64,000 nucleotides of DNA from Octopus vulgaris (Eukaryota), in NCBI GenBank assembly GCA_951406725.2, contig OX597833.1:29574001-29638000 (forward strand), in the 5' to 3' direction. Both the position numbers and the translations under genes were made by a program. Every line of letters begins with the position of its first letter. Positions within the stretch are counted from its first letter, which is position 1. Under the pieces are notes generated by a model. That model had not been told where the DNA came from and did not search any database. It worked only from the letters and a program-made list of their open reading frames with translations. This document shows, one piece after another, positions 25,483-37,994 of the stretch.

Positions 25483-28400
25483 CAGGCATGTAGCTACGGG
25501 GGGGGGGTATAGGGTGCTCCCCCCCTGTTAGAATCTCAGCCCCTCCACCCCAGTATGAGAATTTGTTTTATCCACTTTTGAAATACATTGTCACCACCTT
25601 TTCTTTTTCTCATAAGCAATATCTGAAGTCCCTAAAGATGCAATAAATTTAATTTCTTTTGCTTTAGTAGTGTGCAGAATTGGCTGCTGACTCAGTTGGA
25701 TTAAGGAGTGGGTGATGCTGGGTCAGTTATTGTTGTTGCTGTGGTGCTCATGGTGGCGACAGCAGTGCTGGTGATTGTCCTTGTTGCTTGCTGTTGAAAA
25801 GTATGTGAAGAATTGTTGCTGTAGTTAGAAATTTATGGTAGTAAACGCATCACTACACACGTATATATTAACAGGACATTAAAAAGTCATTTTATTTCCA
25901 CTAATCAGAGAGGATTATTATTCGGGAAAAAGGAAAGAAAATTTTTGAAATTTCCAAAAGTATACATTCAGAAAGTATTTTACAGGTGAGAACTTTCACT
26001 GAATAATTTTTCTTACTCTTTGAACAACGTTTATACTGAAATTATTTTGTGTTTAGCTAAAAAAGCATAACTTTGAAGAAATTGAAAAAAAAAAAAATTG
26101 CTTGAACCGAAATCTCTTTCGAGTTTAATTTAAAAATACATGAATTTTAAGAAATTGTTACTCTTACTACAATATTCTACCTTAGAATTAGTTATTGTGA
26201 ATATCAGTGCCCAAAAATAATGAATCACTACCAAAAAAGAAAACTGAAGCAATCATTGCTGAATTTCCAATCTGATTCATCAAATAATGCTAGGCAGAAG
26301 AGAATTGCAAACCTAGTTTTGCAGCTCAAGGGGGGTCTTGCAAAGTCTTTGACACCCTCATTGGATGATCTAGGACAGGTTGACTGCCAACCAGTGCAGC
26401 CAGTTCTAGCAAAGTCTGATCCAAACATTTATGGAAATCAGAGACATGACTTCTCATCAAACTGGTATACTGGTTGTTTATGGTTAGAGTATTCTCTGTC
26501 AAAGAAAGCCTTGTATTGTTTTGCTTGTCAGCAGTTTAATACTTCTGCTCAAGCTGATACTTGTTTTATAAAAAACTAGCAGTATAACCCGGCCTTGCCC
26601 GGGATTAAGTTACGATCATTAAGCTAATCAAGTTCTTTGTTTCAAACCAAACTAAGTAATATAGACGTCGAATTTGGGTGAAATCCGTTGAAATTAATTA
26701 TATTATATATAAATAAAATAATATAAATATATATGGGCAACAGACACGAACACACATACACACACGTACGTACACCTATTGCATGTTTTGTGCATGCATA
26801 CATGTTCATAAACAGAAATGAATGAGAAAAATGTTGTTAAATTTGTAGATTAACACTGGCACAATTTTCACTAAGAAAAAAAATCATTTTTTTTTTGCGT
26901 GGAATCAACTACTCTGGCCTCAAAACCCTTTTTGTGGTCCGTGAAACAGAGTGGGGTGTGGTGGAAGCCTCACAAATTGTACCCATTTATATTGTGTAAT
27001 TCGCTGACAAATTGTTACTCACCTCTTTGTTTCTTTGTTGTTAAATAAACGGATTGTCAACAAAACACTTTTTTACTCGGCGTAAAATAAAAACAAAACT
27101 CTTTCGCACCCAAAGTAATGTGTAAGAGAGAGAGGGGGGGGGAGAAAGATGAACGATTTAAAATAAATAAATGATTTAAAATAAATATATTGTAATTCGT
27201 TTTTGGATTTGGTTTGCAAGATTCTTTATATGAGTTCGTGGGGAGAGTCATTTTCTTTTTGTGCCTTATTATTTAACACACTCACCGGTAAAATTTCCAG
27301 TTATTTCTTATTTTTATTTTCCAAAAATTTTCGTTGCCTGTTGCAACCTTTTCAATAGTTTTGACTCTGTCCGTTATTTACACTGCATTCCCTTTTGTTT
27401 GTGCGCATGTGTGCTGGTCAGTATGTGTGTGTGTGCCTATACATGCACACATGTACGTATGTATGTGTGTGTGTTTGTATGTATATATGTGTTTGTATGC
27501 ATATGTATATATGTATGTATGTGTGTGGATCTGTATGTATGTATCATGCATATTTATGTGCTTGCCTGTCTGTGTTAGTGTATTTTCTATGTATGTGTGT
27601 GTGAGCATGTGTTTGTATATATATATATGCACCTCTGTCTCCTTGTGTGTGCATATCTGTGTGTGTATGTGTTATGTAACTATGTACCATATTTGTATGT
27701 ATGGATGTGCATCTTTATATGTGTGGGTCCGTGTCTCCATACCTATCCGTCTGTATATTGATCTGTTTATTTACATATCTAACATACAAACACAGGCAAA
27801 CACACACACACATACATACATGCATGCATGTATAGGCACACACACATGTGCACAAACAAACAAAAGGGAACGCAGTATATTGTAATTGTTGTGTGAGAAA
27901 GTATATATACTATGATTATAAAATATAGTGTCTTTCAAAAACAAAAAACAAAACATTTTACATTTTATTTTTTATGAACGTCGTCACTTACTTTCTCTCT
28001 CTCTCTCCCTCTCTCACTTTGTCTTTCCCGTGAAACTCTCTGCCCCCTTCTTCCACTTTTCTTTATCTTATTTTTTTTTGTTAGACGCCATCAAAAAAGC
28101 AATGACTGATATTTTTTATGGCTAAAAGCTATGTATGAAAATAGATCCCCCCCCCCCCCGGTATCCGCGGGTGCCTTGCGGAAAAAATTAAGTTGACAAA
28201 ATCCAGACAGGATGTTGACAAATGTCCTCCTAAAATTTGAGTGACATGCGTGCTAATTTGTGGATGTGCATAAATTACAATAACGTACACACACACACAC
28301 ACACACACACGCAAACACATCATGCCTTTTATAGATATGATGGATATGATGGATATTCTAATTGGCATCATGCAAAAGAAAAAAACAAAAGTTTAAATAA

Positions 28401-28800
28401 GCACGCAAACTCTGATTCCCATATCCAAGCTATGGTAACATAGAATGCCAACAGCGTTTATTCACAACAATATCCGTGTCTTCAGTTTTGCAAAATGATC
28501 AGTTGAGCAAAAACAGTTATCATATCAGTTCCATTGTTGATATTGTTTATTTTCTTTGTGCAAACGAATTGCCTTTTCGAGGAAACGAAAATGAAGCTTT
28601 TAAGGATCTTTATTTGGAAGATGATACGTAGCCTTGTGGTCTTTTTATGAAATTATTCCAGTACACATTGGAGAAAGACTCAAAGTTAATAGAATGTTAC
28701 AGCACAATTAAAAAAAATGCGACTTACACCTCTGCAGCAATGCAAAACGAAATCATCAAATTGTTGAGAAAACACACTGTCAGCCTCGTGGTTGATGTTT
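25483..28800 (+). mobile_element. hAT transposon relic (ZMYM1-like/Tip100-type transposase), interrupted by a Helitron
   Basis: TTF-type zinc finger FSSNWY..WLEYSLSKKALYCFACQQF, continuing GYSNW..KH..S.SH..AM, NELPFRGNE, NATYTSAAMQNEII. CAGGCATGTAGCTAC at 25483 may be the left terminus. Confidence 0.8.
26576..28349 (-). mobile_element. Non-autonomous Helitron
   Basis: Minus strand starts TC and ends CTAG, with hairpin CCCGG..CCGGG ~11 nt before the end; inserted between A and T with no TSD; removal restores the hAT reading frame. Confidence 0.85.
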
Positions 28801-29739
28801 ATTTGAAATTATATAAAAATAATGTCTAAAGACTTGGCTGTTATCTCTAGCATGTAGAAAGACCTTTTAGGCTTAACTATGTGCTTGTTGAAAATCATTA
28901 AAAAAAATATTGGAGTCGATACATTCAACTAAAAATTCTTCAAGGTGATGCCCCAACATGACCTCGGTTTAATGATTGCAACAAGTAAAATGAAAATAAA
29001 AACGAAATATATCAGAAGTTTTGACCAGGTTAGGCGTCAAGAAATGTGAAAAAAAAAAAAATGAAAAAATAACTGAAAAATATAAGCATGGTGCTTTTGT
29101 CCACTATAGCACTTTAAGTAGCAGCTTTTGTCCATACCCCTGTTCAGCACCCCCAGCTATCAAGATAGCACTCCCAGTTGCAATCGGCTCTGTCCTCTGA
29201 CATATCATAATTTTTTAGTTTCGGTCATTTGTGTGGCAGATTGTTAATGTTGGCAAGTTCAGTTATCAGGCAATAGCTGATATTAAACACCTCACAGTAA
29301 CATGTTACTGTATCTGTCTTTCATTCCCCTGTCCAACTTGGTTTTCAACACTAGTCTTCTTCTGCTCTATCTGACTTAGTTTATTTAAAGCTTGACTGAT
29401 TTGCAATCAACAGCTTTTGATTTGTTAGTTTAATGTTGACCTCAGCATTCAATTTGAAAGTTCCTGTTTTTGTTCATGAAAATGTTCTTAATTGGATAAA
29501 AATCAAATTGAGGCAAAGACCAGCTACATATTCATTGCCATTCTAATCAAACCCATTTTTGTATTTCCCCTCATCACCTTCATGAACTCTGAGATATCAT
29601 TCTTCAATTTCCTTTTCTGTCTGTCCCTGCCTTCTCAATCCCTTTCATGGAATCCATTCTGTGGTTCTTTTCATCCAGTTATTCTTCTCTGTTCTGTCTA
29701 AATTACCTGCCTGCCTTCACTTTGTTTTCACTCATTCTA

Positions 29740-30446
29740 TAACTCCTGTCTTGCTTCTTATCACCATACATCTAATTCTGTCATTCAACATAATATTCAA
29801 CATTCTTCTTTCCATGGTATATTGCTTTGTCTTAATTTTTTTCATCCTCTTATTCACCTTTCATGTTCTGTTCCTATATACTGCCTATAGTAAGACACAT
29901 TAGCTGAAAACTCTCCTTTTTAATTGATAGTGGTAATTTTTTGTCATTTATTATTTCCTCTGTACCTTCTTAAAGAATGTTATCTTGTAATTATTTTCAA
30001 CTATTCTTTTGTATCTGATGTAACTGTTTGACCTAGCTGTTTGTAATCATCTATTTTCTCCGTTGTTGTGTTTCCTATGCTTATCTCTTCACATGTGTTG
30101 CAGTTTGTCATATACTTAGTTTTGCCCCTGTGCATGTTTAACCTCACATTTTTGCTGTATTTATTTGGTCTACTTATCCCTCTAATACCTTTAGATGTAT
30201 TTGGAGTAATTGCTATGTGATCCACAAACTTAAGATCTATTAAAGATACTGTCCATCTTCCTGGAAATCTATTTCCTTAAATATTTCTTGCAAGTGCACA
30301 CTTCCCACTATACTGTTCTCTTCTGATGAGTGCTGAGATTGGTTTCTCCAAACTCTCATATACAAAACTGATTGGAAAAAGTGGCTGTATTATACAGATA
30401 AATAATATATTCACTTTCTTGACAAATACACAAGTGCCCATGTCAA
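29740..30446 (-). mobile_element. Old RTE-clade LINE fragment of a different family
   Basis: LRFVDHIAI (ADD-like), LNMHRGKTKYMTN, KIDDYKQLGQ. Confidence 0.6.
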
Positions 30447-31900
30447 TTCAGATAACTGGTCCCTCTGTTGGGTTGGCATTCAGCAGACTATCTTTCTCCC
30501 ATTCATTCACTTTATTTAGCAACCTTTCATAGTGGCATCTCCAAACCTCTCTCTTTGCAGCCTCGTTTAATGCAAGTGAACCATCATCCAAGTGGACACA
30601 TTTCTCTTTTAAGACATCACGATTCTCTCTCACACACTGTCTTTGGTCCTCACGGCACAGAACATTGGCAAATTTGTTCTTATCTGCTTCCTCTCTGGTT
30701 AAATAAACCTGTCTCCTAGCTTCCCTTCTGGCAGTCTGATACAATTCCCTGCTACCACCGTTCTTCCAGTCCTTCCAAGCTTGTTTCTTTTCCCTAATAG
30801 CCCTGTCAACAACATTGTTCCACCACCACATTATTTTGGGTCGAGAGGGGACTTTGCACCATCCACAGATCTGGTCAGTGGCCCTCAGCAGGTTGTCCCA
30901 TAGAAACCTCCTGTTCTTCCACATCATGTGAATCTATATCCCCCTCTATTTCATCAAAAGCTGTGAGTGATATGTCTCTAAATCTCTGTCCATTCACAGG
31001 ATCTTTAAGCTTCCACACCCTCCTCCTCGTCTTCTGGGCATCCATTTAGCGCTGATCCTGAAGTCACTAACTACTAGTCTATGTTGTGGGGTACATTCTT
31101 CACCTGGAAAGTTTTGGCATTTATAAGCAGCCATCTTTCCCTTTTTCTGGTGAGGATGTAGTCAATCTGACTAGTGTGTCTACCAGATCGGTAGGTGACT
31201 AGGTGATGGCAGGTTTCCTGAAGTTAGTATTACAAACTATAAGATCATTTGCATCACAGAACTCCAGCAGCCTGGTTCCCTCCTTATTGTGGGAACCAAA
31301 ACCATAGCCTCCATGTATGCCATGGAAGTCCCCTGCATGTTGTCCAATATGCCCATTGAAGTCACCAGCCACAAAGAGAAGGTCCCTGTCATTTGTCAAC
31401 AAGGTAGTCTGCAAGAAGGTGTCATAAAATCGGTCTTTCTTTTCATCAGGTAGCCCCAGCTGAGGGGCATAGGCCAAGAGAATGGTTGCTAACCCATGAT
31501 GTCGCACTTATCTAATCTTCAGTATTCTATTGCATACTCTGACTACCTCGATTACCTTATCAACCCATTTCTCCACAAGAAGTATACCCACGCCCCCGAC
31601 CCCATCAGTGTTCCCTGCCCAGAAAATCTTGTACCTGTGTTCTTTGCCAGTGAGGAACCTAGCGGAACCTCCTCTCTACCTTAATTCTTGGAGGCAGCAC
31701 AAATCTACACATCTCCGTTCAAACAACTCAACAATCTCAACAGACTTACCTTTCAGTGTGCTCACGTTGAGTGTACCAACTTTGAGGATGCAGGAGGTGT
31801 GGTCCCATGAAACCCTGGGATGGGGGACAGCAGCGTCATGTACCTGAAAAGAAAGCTCACATTTGGCAGAATTCATAAACAAACAATAACCTTCAACCTG
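30447..31900 (-). mobile_element. RTE LINE 5' part with APE endonuclease
   Basis: KVGTLNVSTL..DLCCLQELR, AYAPQLG, VAGDFNGHIG, LLEFCDANDLIVCNTNF, then WWWN linker matching the other copies. Confidence 0.9.
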
Positions 31901-32329
31901 CATACACTACACCATCATTTTTATGCACTATATGATCACTACCTTAAATAGGAGATAAACCCTAAGAAGGGTTGGGGATGGCATTAAGCCTTTGGATGTG
32001 TTCATGGGAGACAGCCAAAGGATGACAAAGGATAGCAAGTTCTGGTACAGGTGGTGGTTTTGTACCACAAAATAGCAAAATTAGACAAGAGCATCTTCTG
32101 GATTCGTATTCTTTCAGTGGAGTTATTAAAATGGAGTAGGGGAATCCGAGCATGTGCACTAGTTTATATAGGGTGGGGTGGTGGAGGAGGGGAAGTGTTC
32201 GCGAAGCAAGTGGTTACCAAAACAGAGAGAGAGAGACAGAGTGAGACAGAGAGAGGGGGTGCCAAAGTTAGGGTGGTCGGGGATAGAACACGAGGGAAAA
32301 ATATATTCTTTTGGGATTTTGGGTAACAT

Positions 32330-32790
32330 AATTTAATGAAACAGAAAATGCTGATAATAGTGAAATAGAATTGAAAAATCTTAGAATTTTAAAAATAAGA
32401 AAATTCTGGTGGTCAGAGCAAAACACAAGTTTACAAGTGGTTTTTAAGCTTTACGAATGGTCACATGTCACTTAAAAACTAATCTCATTCAGGGTGACTC
32501 TCGACCTCCTGAACAAATGAAAACATGAAAATTCATGAAAAGATCCTGGAGGACTATCACTGAACAACTGATAAACTTGTTGATATGACTGGTGTATCCT
32601 AGAGCTCCTGTCAATGAATTTTGAGTGAGGAATTGTAAATGAAAAGAATTACAGCAAAATTTGTGCCTCACTTGCTCATGGAAGATCAAAAGCAGTCATG
32701 TTATGAACTGAAAAAGCAGTTGGAAGTTGAACTGGACCTTTTTTTTTCTAAGGTCATCACCAGTGATGAAAGCTGGCACTATGGAATTTG
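32330..32790 (+). mobile_element. Mariner transposase relic
   Basis: MKRITAKFVPHLLMEDQKQ, KVITSDESWHYG. Confidence 0.75.
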
Positions 32791-32873
32791 CAGATGTGGA
32801 AGAGGTGAAGAAAAAAATAAACGACAGATATATATATATATAATCAAAATAAGCAACAAGGATATCCAAGGTC

Positions 32874-32963
32874 ATGTAGTACAATTGTTTCATGCTACTT
32901 CATTTTATTAAACACTGTAAGTATTACATCAGTTTTAAAATGTCGAGCAGTCTTCAGCCACAT
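32874..32963 (-). ncRNA. Type I hammerhead ribozyme motif, canonical core
   Basis: AUGUGG-CUGAAGA-C-UGCU...AGCA-U-GAAA-CAAUUG-UA-CUACAU. Confidence 0.82.
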
Positions 32964-33211
32964 ATAGAATTTCTCAATTAAGCGAACAATGCACATTCTT
33001 ATACTTATTTCATTTGCCATACAGACAGACGGAGAATGAACATACAGACAGACGGAGAATGAACATACAGACAGACGGAGAATGAACATACTACTATCAT
33101 GTTCTTAATGATGAAATTAACTTCTCTGTCTATATATCTACCCTTTTTGTAATGTTGGCAAATGAAATAAGTATAAGAATGTGCATTGTCCGTTTAATTG
33201 AAAAATTCTAT

Positions 33212-33294
33212 ATGTGGCTGAAGATTGCTAGACATTTTAAAATTGATGTAATACTTACAGTGTTTAATAATAGCATGAAACAATTGTACTACAT
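33212..33294 (+). ncRNA. Type I hammerhead ribozyme motif, canonical core
   Basis: AUGUGG-CUGAAGA-U-UGCU...AGCA-U-GAAA-CAAUUG-UA-CUACAU. Confidence 0.82.
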
Positions 33295-33425
33295 GATCTT
33301 GGATATCCTTGTTGCTTATTTTGATTATAATCACCACATTTGATTTATATGGATAATACCATACAAAATTTTGGTGCCTTAAACTTAAGTACCATATTCA
33401 TCTGAATCTAAATTTTGATGAACTT

Positions 33426-33482
<57 letters not shown>

Positions 33483-33528
33483 CTTACTTGGAAATGGATG
33501 ATTGGCATTCAATTAAATAATAATATAG

Positions 33529-33573
<45 letters not shown>

Positions 33574-33659
33574 AAGTTCAGCAAAATTTAGATTCAGATG
33601 AATATGGTACTTATATATATATATATTATTGTGTATATATATATATACATATGTACATG

Positions 33660-34170
33660 AACATCGAACCAAATATCAATGGAAACAGTAGTAGTTGTGA
33701 TACCTGTGCCGGTGACACATAAAAAGCACCATCCGAACGTGGCCGTTGCCAGTGCAGCCTCCATTGGCTTCTGTGCCAGTGGCACATAAAAAGCACCATC
33801 TGAACGTGACCGATGCCAACCCCGCCTCGAATGGCTTCTGTGCCGGTGGACATAAAAAGCACTATCCGAACGTGACCGATGCCAGCACCGCCTTGACTGG
33901 CTTCTGTGCCGGTAGCACAAAAAAAAAAAAAAAAAAAAGCACCAACTGATCGTGGCCGATGCCAGATCCCTCTGGCACCTGTGCAGGTGGCACGTAAAAA
34001 GCACCCACTACACTCGCGGAGTGGTTGGCGTTAGGAAGGGCATCCAGCTGTAGAAACACTGCCAGATCAGACTGGAGCCTGGGGCAGCCCCTGGCTCCCC
34101 AGACCCCGGTCGAACCATCCAACCCGTGCTAGCGCGGAAAACGGACGTTAAACGATGATGATGATGATGA
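33660..34170 (+). mobile_element. RTE 3' UTR-only insertion
   Basis: Five GTGCCGGTGGCAC..AAAAAGCACC-type units, GTGGTTGGCGTTAGGAAGGGCATCCAG, (GAT)n. Confidence 0.9.
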
Positions 34171-34190
34171 TATAAATATATATTATTTAT

Positions 34191-36788
34191 TAGAAGACAA
34201 CTGGAGGATTCTAAGGGACAACCTGCTGAGAGCCACTGACCAGATCTGTGGCTGGTGCAAAGTCCCCTCTCGGCCTAAAATAACGTGGTGGTGGAACAAT
34301 GTTGTAGACAGGGCTATTAGAGAAAAGAGACAGGCTTGGAAGGGCTGGAAGAATGGGGTAGCAAAAGAGAAGCTAGAAGACAGGTTTATTTAGCCAGAGG
34401 GGAAGCAGATAAGAAAAAATTTGCCAATGTTCTGTGCCATGAGGACCAAAGACTTGAGGTATTTCACATTGCAAGACAGTGTGTGAGAGAGAATCGTGAT
34501 GTGGTAGGAGAGAAATGTGTTCGCATGGATGATGGTTCACTTGCACTAAATGAGGATGCAAAGAGAGAGGTTTGGAGATGCCACTATGAAAGGTTGCTGA
34601 ATAAAGAAAATGAATGGGATAAAGAGAGTCTGCCGAATGTCGACCCAACAGAGGAACCAACTATCCGAGTTGACAGTTCCTTGGTAGTTAAGGCAATTAG
34701 AAGCATGAAGACAGGGAAAGTCCCAGGCCCATCAGGAATTACTGCAGAGATGCTCAAAATATCTGGTAGTGTTGGCTATAGCCTAGTCACCCATATAGTT
34801 AACCAGGTGATACACGAAGGAATCATACCCAATGACTGGTGTAGCAGCATAATAGTGAACTGCTACAAAGGTAAAGGTGATGCCCTAGATACAAATAATT
34901 ACAGAGGTATCAAGCTGTTGGATCAGGTAATGAAGGTTATGGAGAGGGTCATAGCCCAACTAATTAGAGAGAGAGTTAGTTTAGATGAGATGCAGTTTGG
35001 GTTCATGCCAGGGAAAAGCACCATTGATGCCATATTCCAGGTAAGACAGCTGCAGGAGAAATATCTAGCCAACGATAAGCCCTTGTACCTGGCTTTCGTT
35101 GACATGGAGAAAGCCTTCGACAGGGACCCCCGATCCCTTATCTGGTGTTCAATGAGGAAACTAGGGGTAGATGAATGGCTAGTGAGAGCTGTGCAAGCCA
35201 TGTACAAGGATGCTGCTAGTAAGGTGAGGGTTGGCAACGAGTACTGTGAAGAATTCCGGGTGGAGGTTGGGGTCCACCAAGGTTCAGTCCTCAGCCCCCT
35301 CCTATTTAGCATAGTCCTCCAGGCAATAACGGAGGAATTCAAGACAGGATGCCCCTGAGATCTCCTCTATGCTGATGACCTTGCTCTAATTGCTGAGTCA
35401 CTATCAGAACTGGAGGAGAAGTTTCAGGTGTGGAAGCAAGGATTAGAATCGAAGGGCCTTAGAGTCAACCTAGCTAAAACCAAAGTCCTAATAAGTAGGA
35501 AGGTAGACAAATCACAAACGCCTTCAGGTAGATGGCCCTGCTCGATCTGTAGAAAAGATGTAGGTAGAAACTCGATAAGATGCACAATGTGTAAGCTATG
35601 GACACATAAGAGGTGCAGCAATGTCAAAGGAAGGCTAACTAGGAAGATAGTTTTTGTATGTGGCAGATGCCTAGGAGCAATAAACACTGAAAATGCACAG
35701 AGAGCAACTTCCGCCACATTCCAGGGAGAAAAACTGGAAATAGTCGATAGCTTCCGTTACCTAGGTGACCAAGTCAGTAGCGGGGGCGAGTGTATTGAAA
35801 GTGTAACTGCTAGAGTAAGAATTGCCTGGGCAAAGTTCAGAGAGCTCTTACCTCTGCTAGGAACAAAATGCCTCTCGCTCAGAGTAAAAGGCAGACTGTA
35901 TGATGCATGTGTACGAACTGCCATGCTACATGGCAGTGAAACATGGGCCGTGACTGCTGAGGATATGCTTAAGCTCACAAGAAATGAGGCCAGTATGCTC
36001 CGATGGATGTGTAATGTCAGTGTTCATACTCGACAGAGTGTAAGTACCTTGAGAGAAAAGTTGGACCTAAGAAGCATCAGTTGTGGTGTACAAGAGAGAC
36101 GTTTGTGCTGGTATGGTCATGTGGCGAGAATGGATGAAGATAGTTGTGTGAAAAAGTGCCACACCCTAGTGGTTGAGGGAACCTGTGGAAGAGGTAGACC
36201 CAGGAAAACCAGGTTGTGGTGGTGAAGCACAATCTTCGAACTTTAGGTCTCACCAAGGAAATGACTAGAGACCGAGACCTTTGGAAGTATGCTGTGCATG
36301 AGAAGACCCAGCAGGACAAGTGAGACCATAACCCATGGCCTCAGTCCACCTATGCATACCTTTCCTTCTTGGGACACAAAACCCTACTTGTGAAGACCTG
36401 TTGAGGCAAGTGAAATCAAAAGCTAAATCGTTCAACATCAATGGAAATTGTAGCTGTGATACGAGTGCCAGTGGCACATAAGAGAACCATGCGAACCTGG
36501 CCGTGCCAGCGCTGCCCCGACTGGCTTCCGTGCCAGTGGCACGTAAAAGGCACCATCCGATCGTGGCCGTCGCCAGCCTCGTCTGGCACCTGTGCCGGTG
36601 GCACGTAAAAAGCACCCACTACACTCATGGAGTGGCTGGCGTTAGGAAGGGCATCCAGCCGTAGAAACATTGCCAGATCAGACTGGGCCTGGTGCAGCCT
36701 TCTGGCTTCCCAGGCCCCAGTTGCACCGTCCAACCCATGCTAGCATGGAAAGCGGACACTAAACGATGATGATGATGATGATGATGAT
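34191..36788 (+). mobile_element. RTE LINE, 5'-truncated
   Basis: ORFs 34336-35358 and 35428-36225 in the same frame, split by a TGA; RT motifs present; (GAT)n tail. Confidence 0.95.
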
Positions 36789-37514
36789 ATATATTTATAT
36801 GTATACCCATATATATATATATTACTTATATTATATATATATGCACACACACACACACACACACATAGGAAGAGTATATGAGGATAAATTATCCAGGCAG
36901 GTATCATATGAGCACTGTTATAGTCCAAGCTCAGTTTGACCACATTAAGTCGTAAGGAGTGACTAGGACTACTTAGTGTGAGCAATCCCATTGTAATTCA
37001 TCTCATGGTTTGGTTCTCTTGGTTATGAATATTTTTAGGTGTGTAAATACTGCTAGAAGAAGGTTGCAAATGTCTTATACGTAAGCCATAAAAATTGGAA
37101 GATATGAAAGGTGAATATATATTTATTTAACCATATGTCATCCTTAGGATTACAGCCATTTTGTAACCTTCTTCATGCAGTATTGATTTCAGTGTGAAGA
37201 AATTATGCTTATCTGTTTGCATTAATATACATGCATGGCATTATGCAATACAATTGTACATTCACAAATCAATACAAATAAAGAAAACTAGTATTATCTT
37301 TACTGATCAAACAAAACTAATTTTAACTGAGCAATGAAGGGCAGGAAAACCAACACCATCAAATCCTCAACTACCATGACCATTCCCTGTCCACACTGGT
37401 AGGGAATCTGGGCACAACTTGGCCTGATCAGTCACCAACATGCCCACAAAGCCCAACCCCAACCTCAACCCCATAATGACTAGAAAGTCTTCAATACTTC
37501 AACAGATGAATGTC

Positions 37515-37915
37515 GGCATGGCTGTATGGTAAGAAGCTTGCTTCTCAACCACATTGTTCCAGGTTCAGTCCCACTGCATGGTATCTTCTACTATAGCCTG
37601 GGGGTTAGTGAGTGGGTTAGGTAGATGGAAACTGGAAGAAGCTTGTCATATATATATATATATGTATGTATATATATGTGTGTGAGTGTGTGTGTGTTTG
37701 TGTTTGTGTTTGTTCCCCTACTATCACTTGATAACCGATACTGGTGTGTTTATGTCATTTAGCACTTCGGCAAAAGAGGCTGATAGAATAAGTACTAGGC
37801 TTACAAAGAATAAGTCTTGGGGTTGATTTCTTTGACTAACACCCTTGACTAACATGTGGTGCTCCAGCATGGCGACTATCAAATGACTGAAATAAGTACA
37901 AGAATAAAAGAATAG
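37515..37915 (+). mobile_element. tRNA-derived SINE (CORE-like family with internal TG repeat)
   Basis: TGGCTGTATGGTAAG, GGTTCAGTCCC, tail GGTGCTCCAGCATGGC..TGACTGAAA..AAGAATAAAAG; related copies at 40047, 42060 (-) and 62001 (-). Confidence 0.8.
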
Positions 37916-37994
37916 AAGAATATGTAAATATAACTGTATGAATATGTGTGTTTGTGTGTGTGTGTGTGTGACAGTTAAATGATTACATTACTAA

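Larger units (their letters stand above)
32839..33432 (+). mobile_element. Non-coding fold-back PLE-derived element (~175-bp inverted arms)
   Basis: Arms 32839-33019 and 33156-33329; three 23-bp repeats in the spacer; 3' tail to ~33432; (TA)n flanks; one HHR per arm. Confidence 0.85.

Noticed and set aside
29130-29180. Possible right TIR of the 25483 hAT element
   Set aside because: No adequate reverse-complement match to the left end and no TSD.
35356-35358. In-frame TGA in the RTE RT as possible recoding
   Set aside because: Other copies have TTG at this codon, so it is a copy-specific nonsense change.
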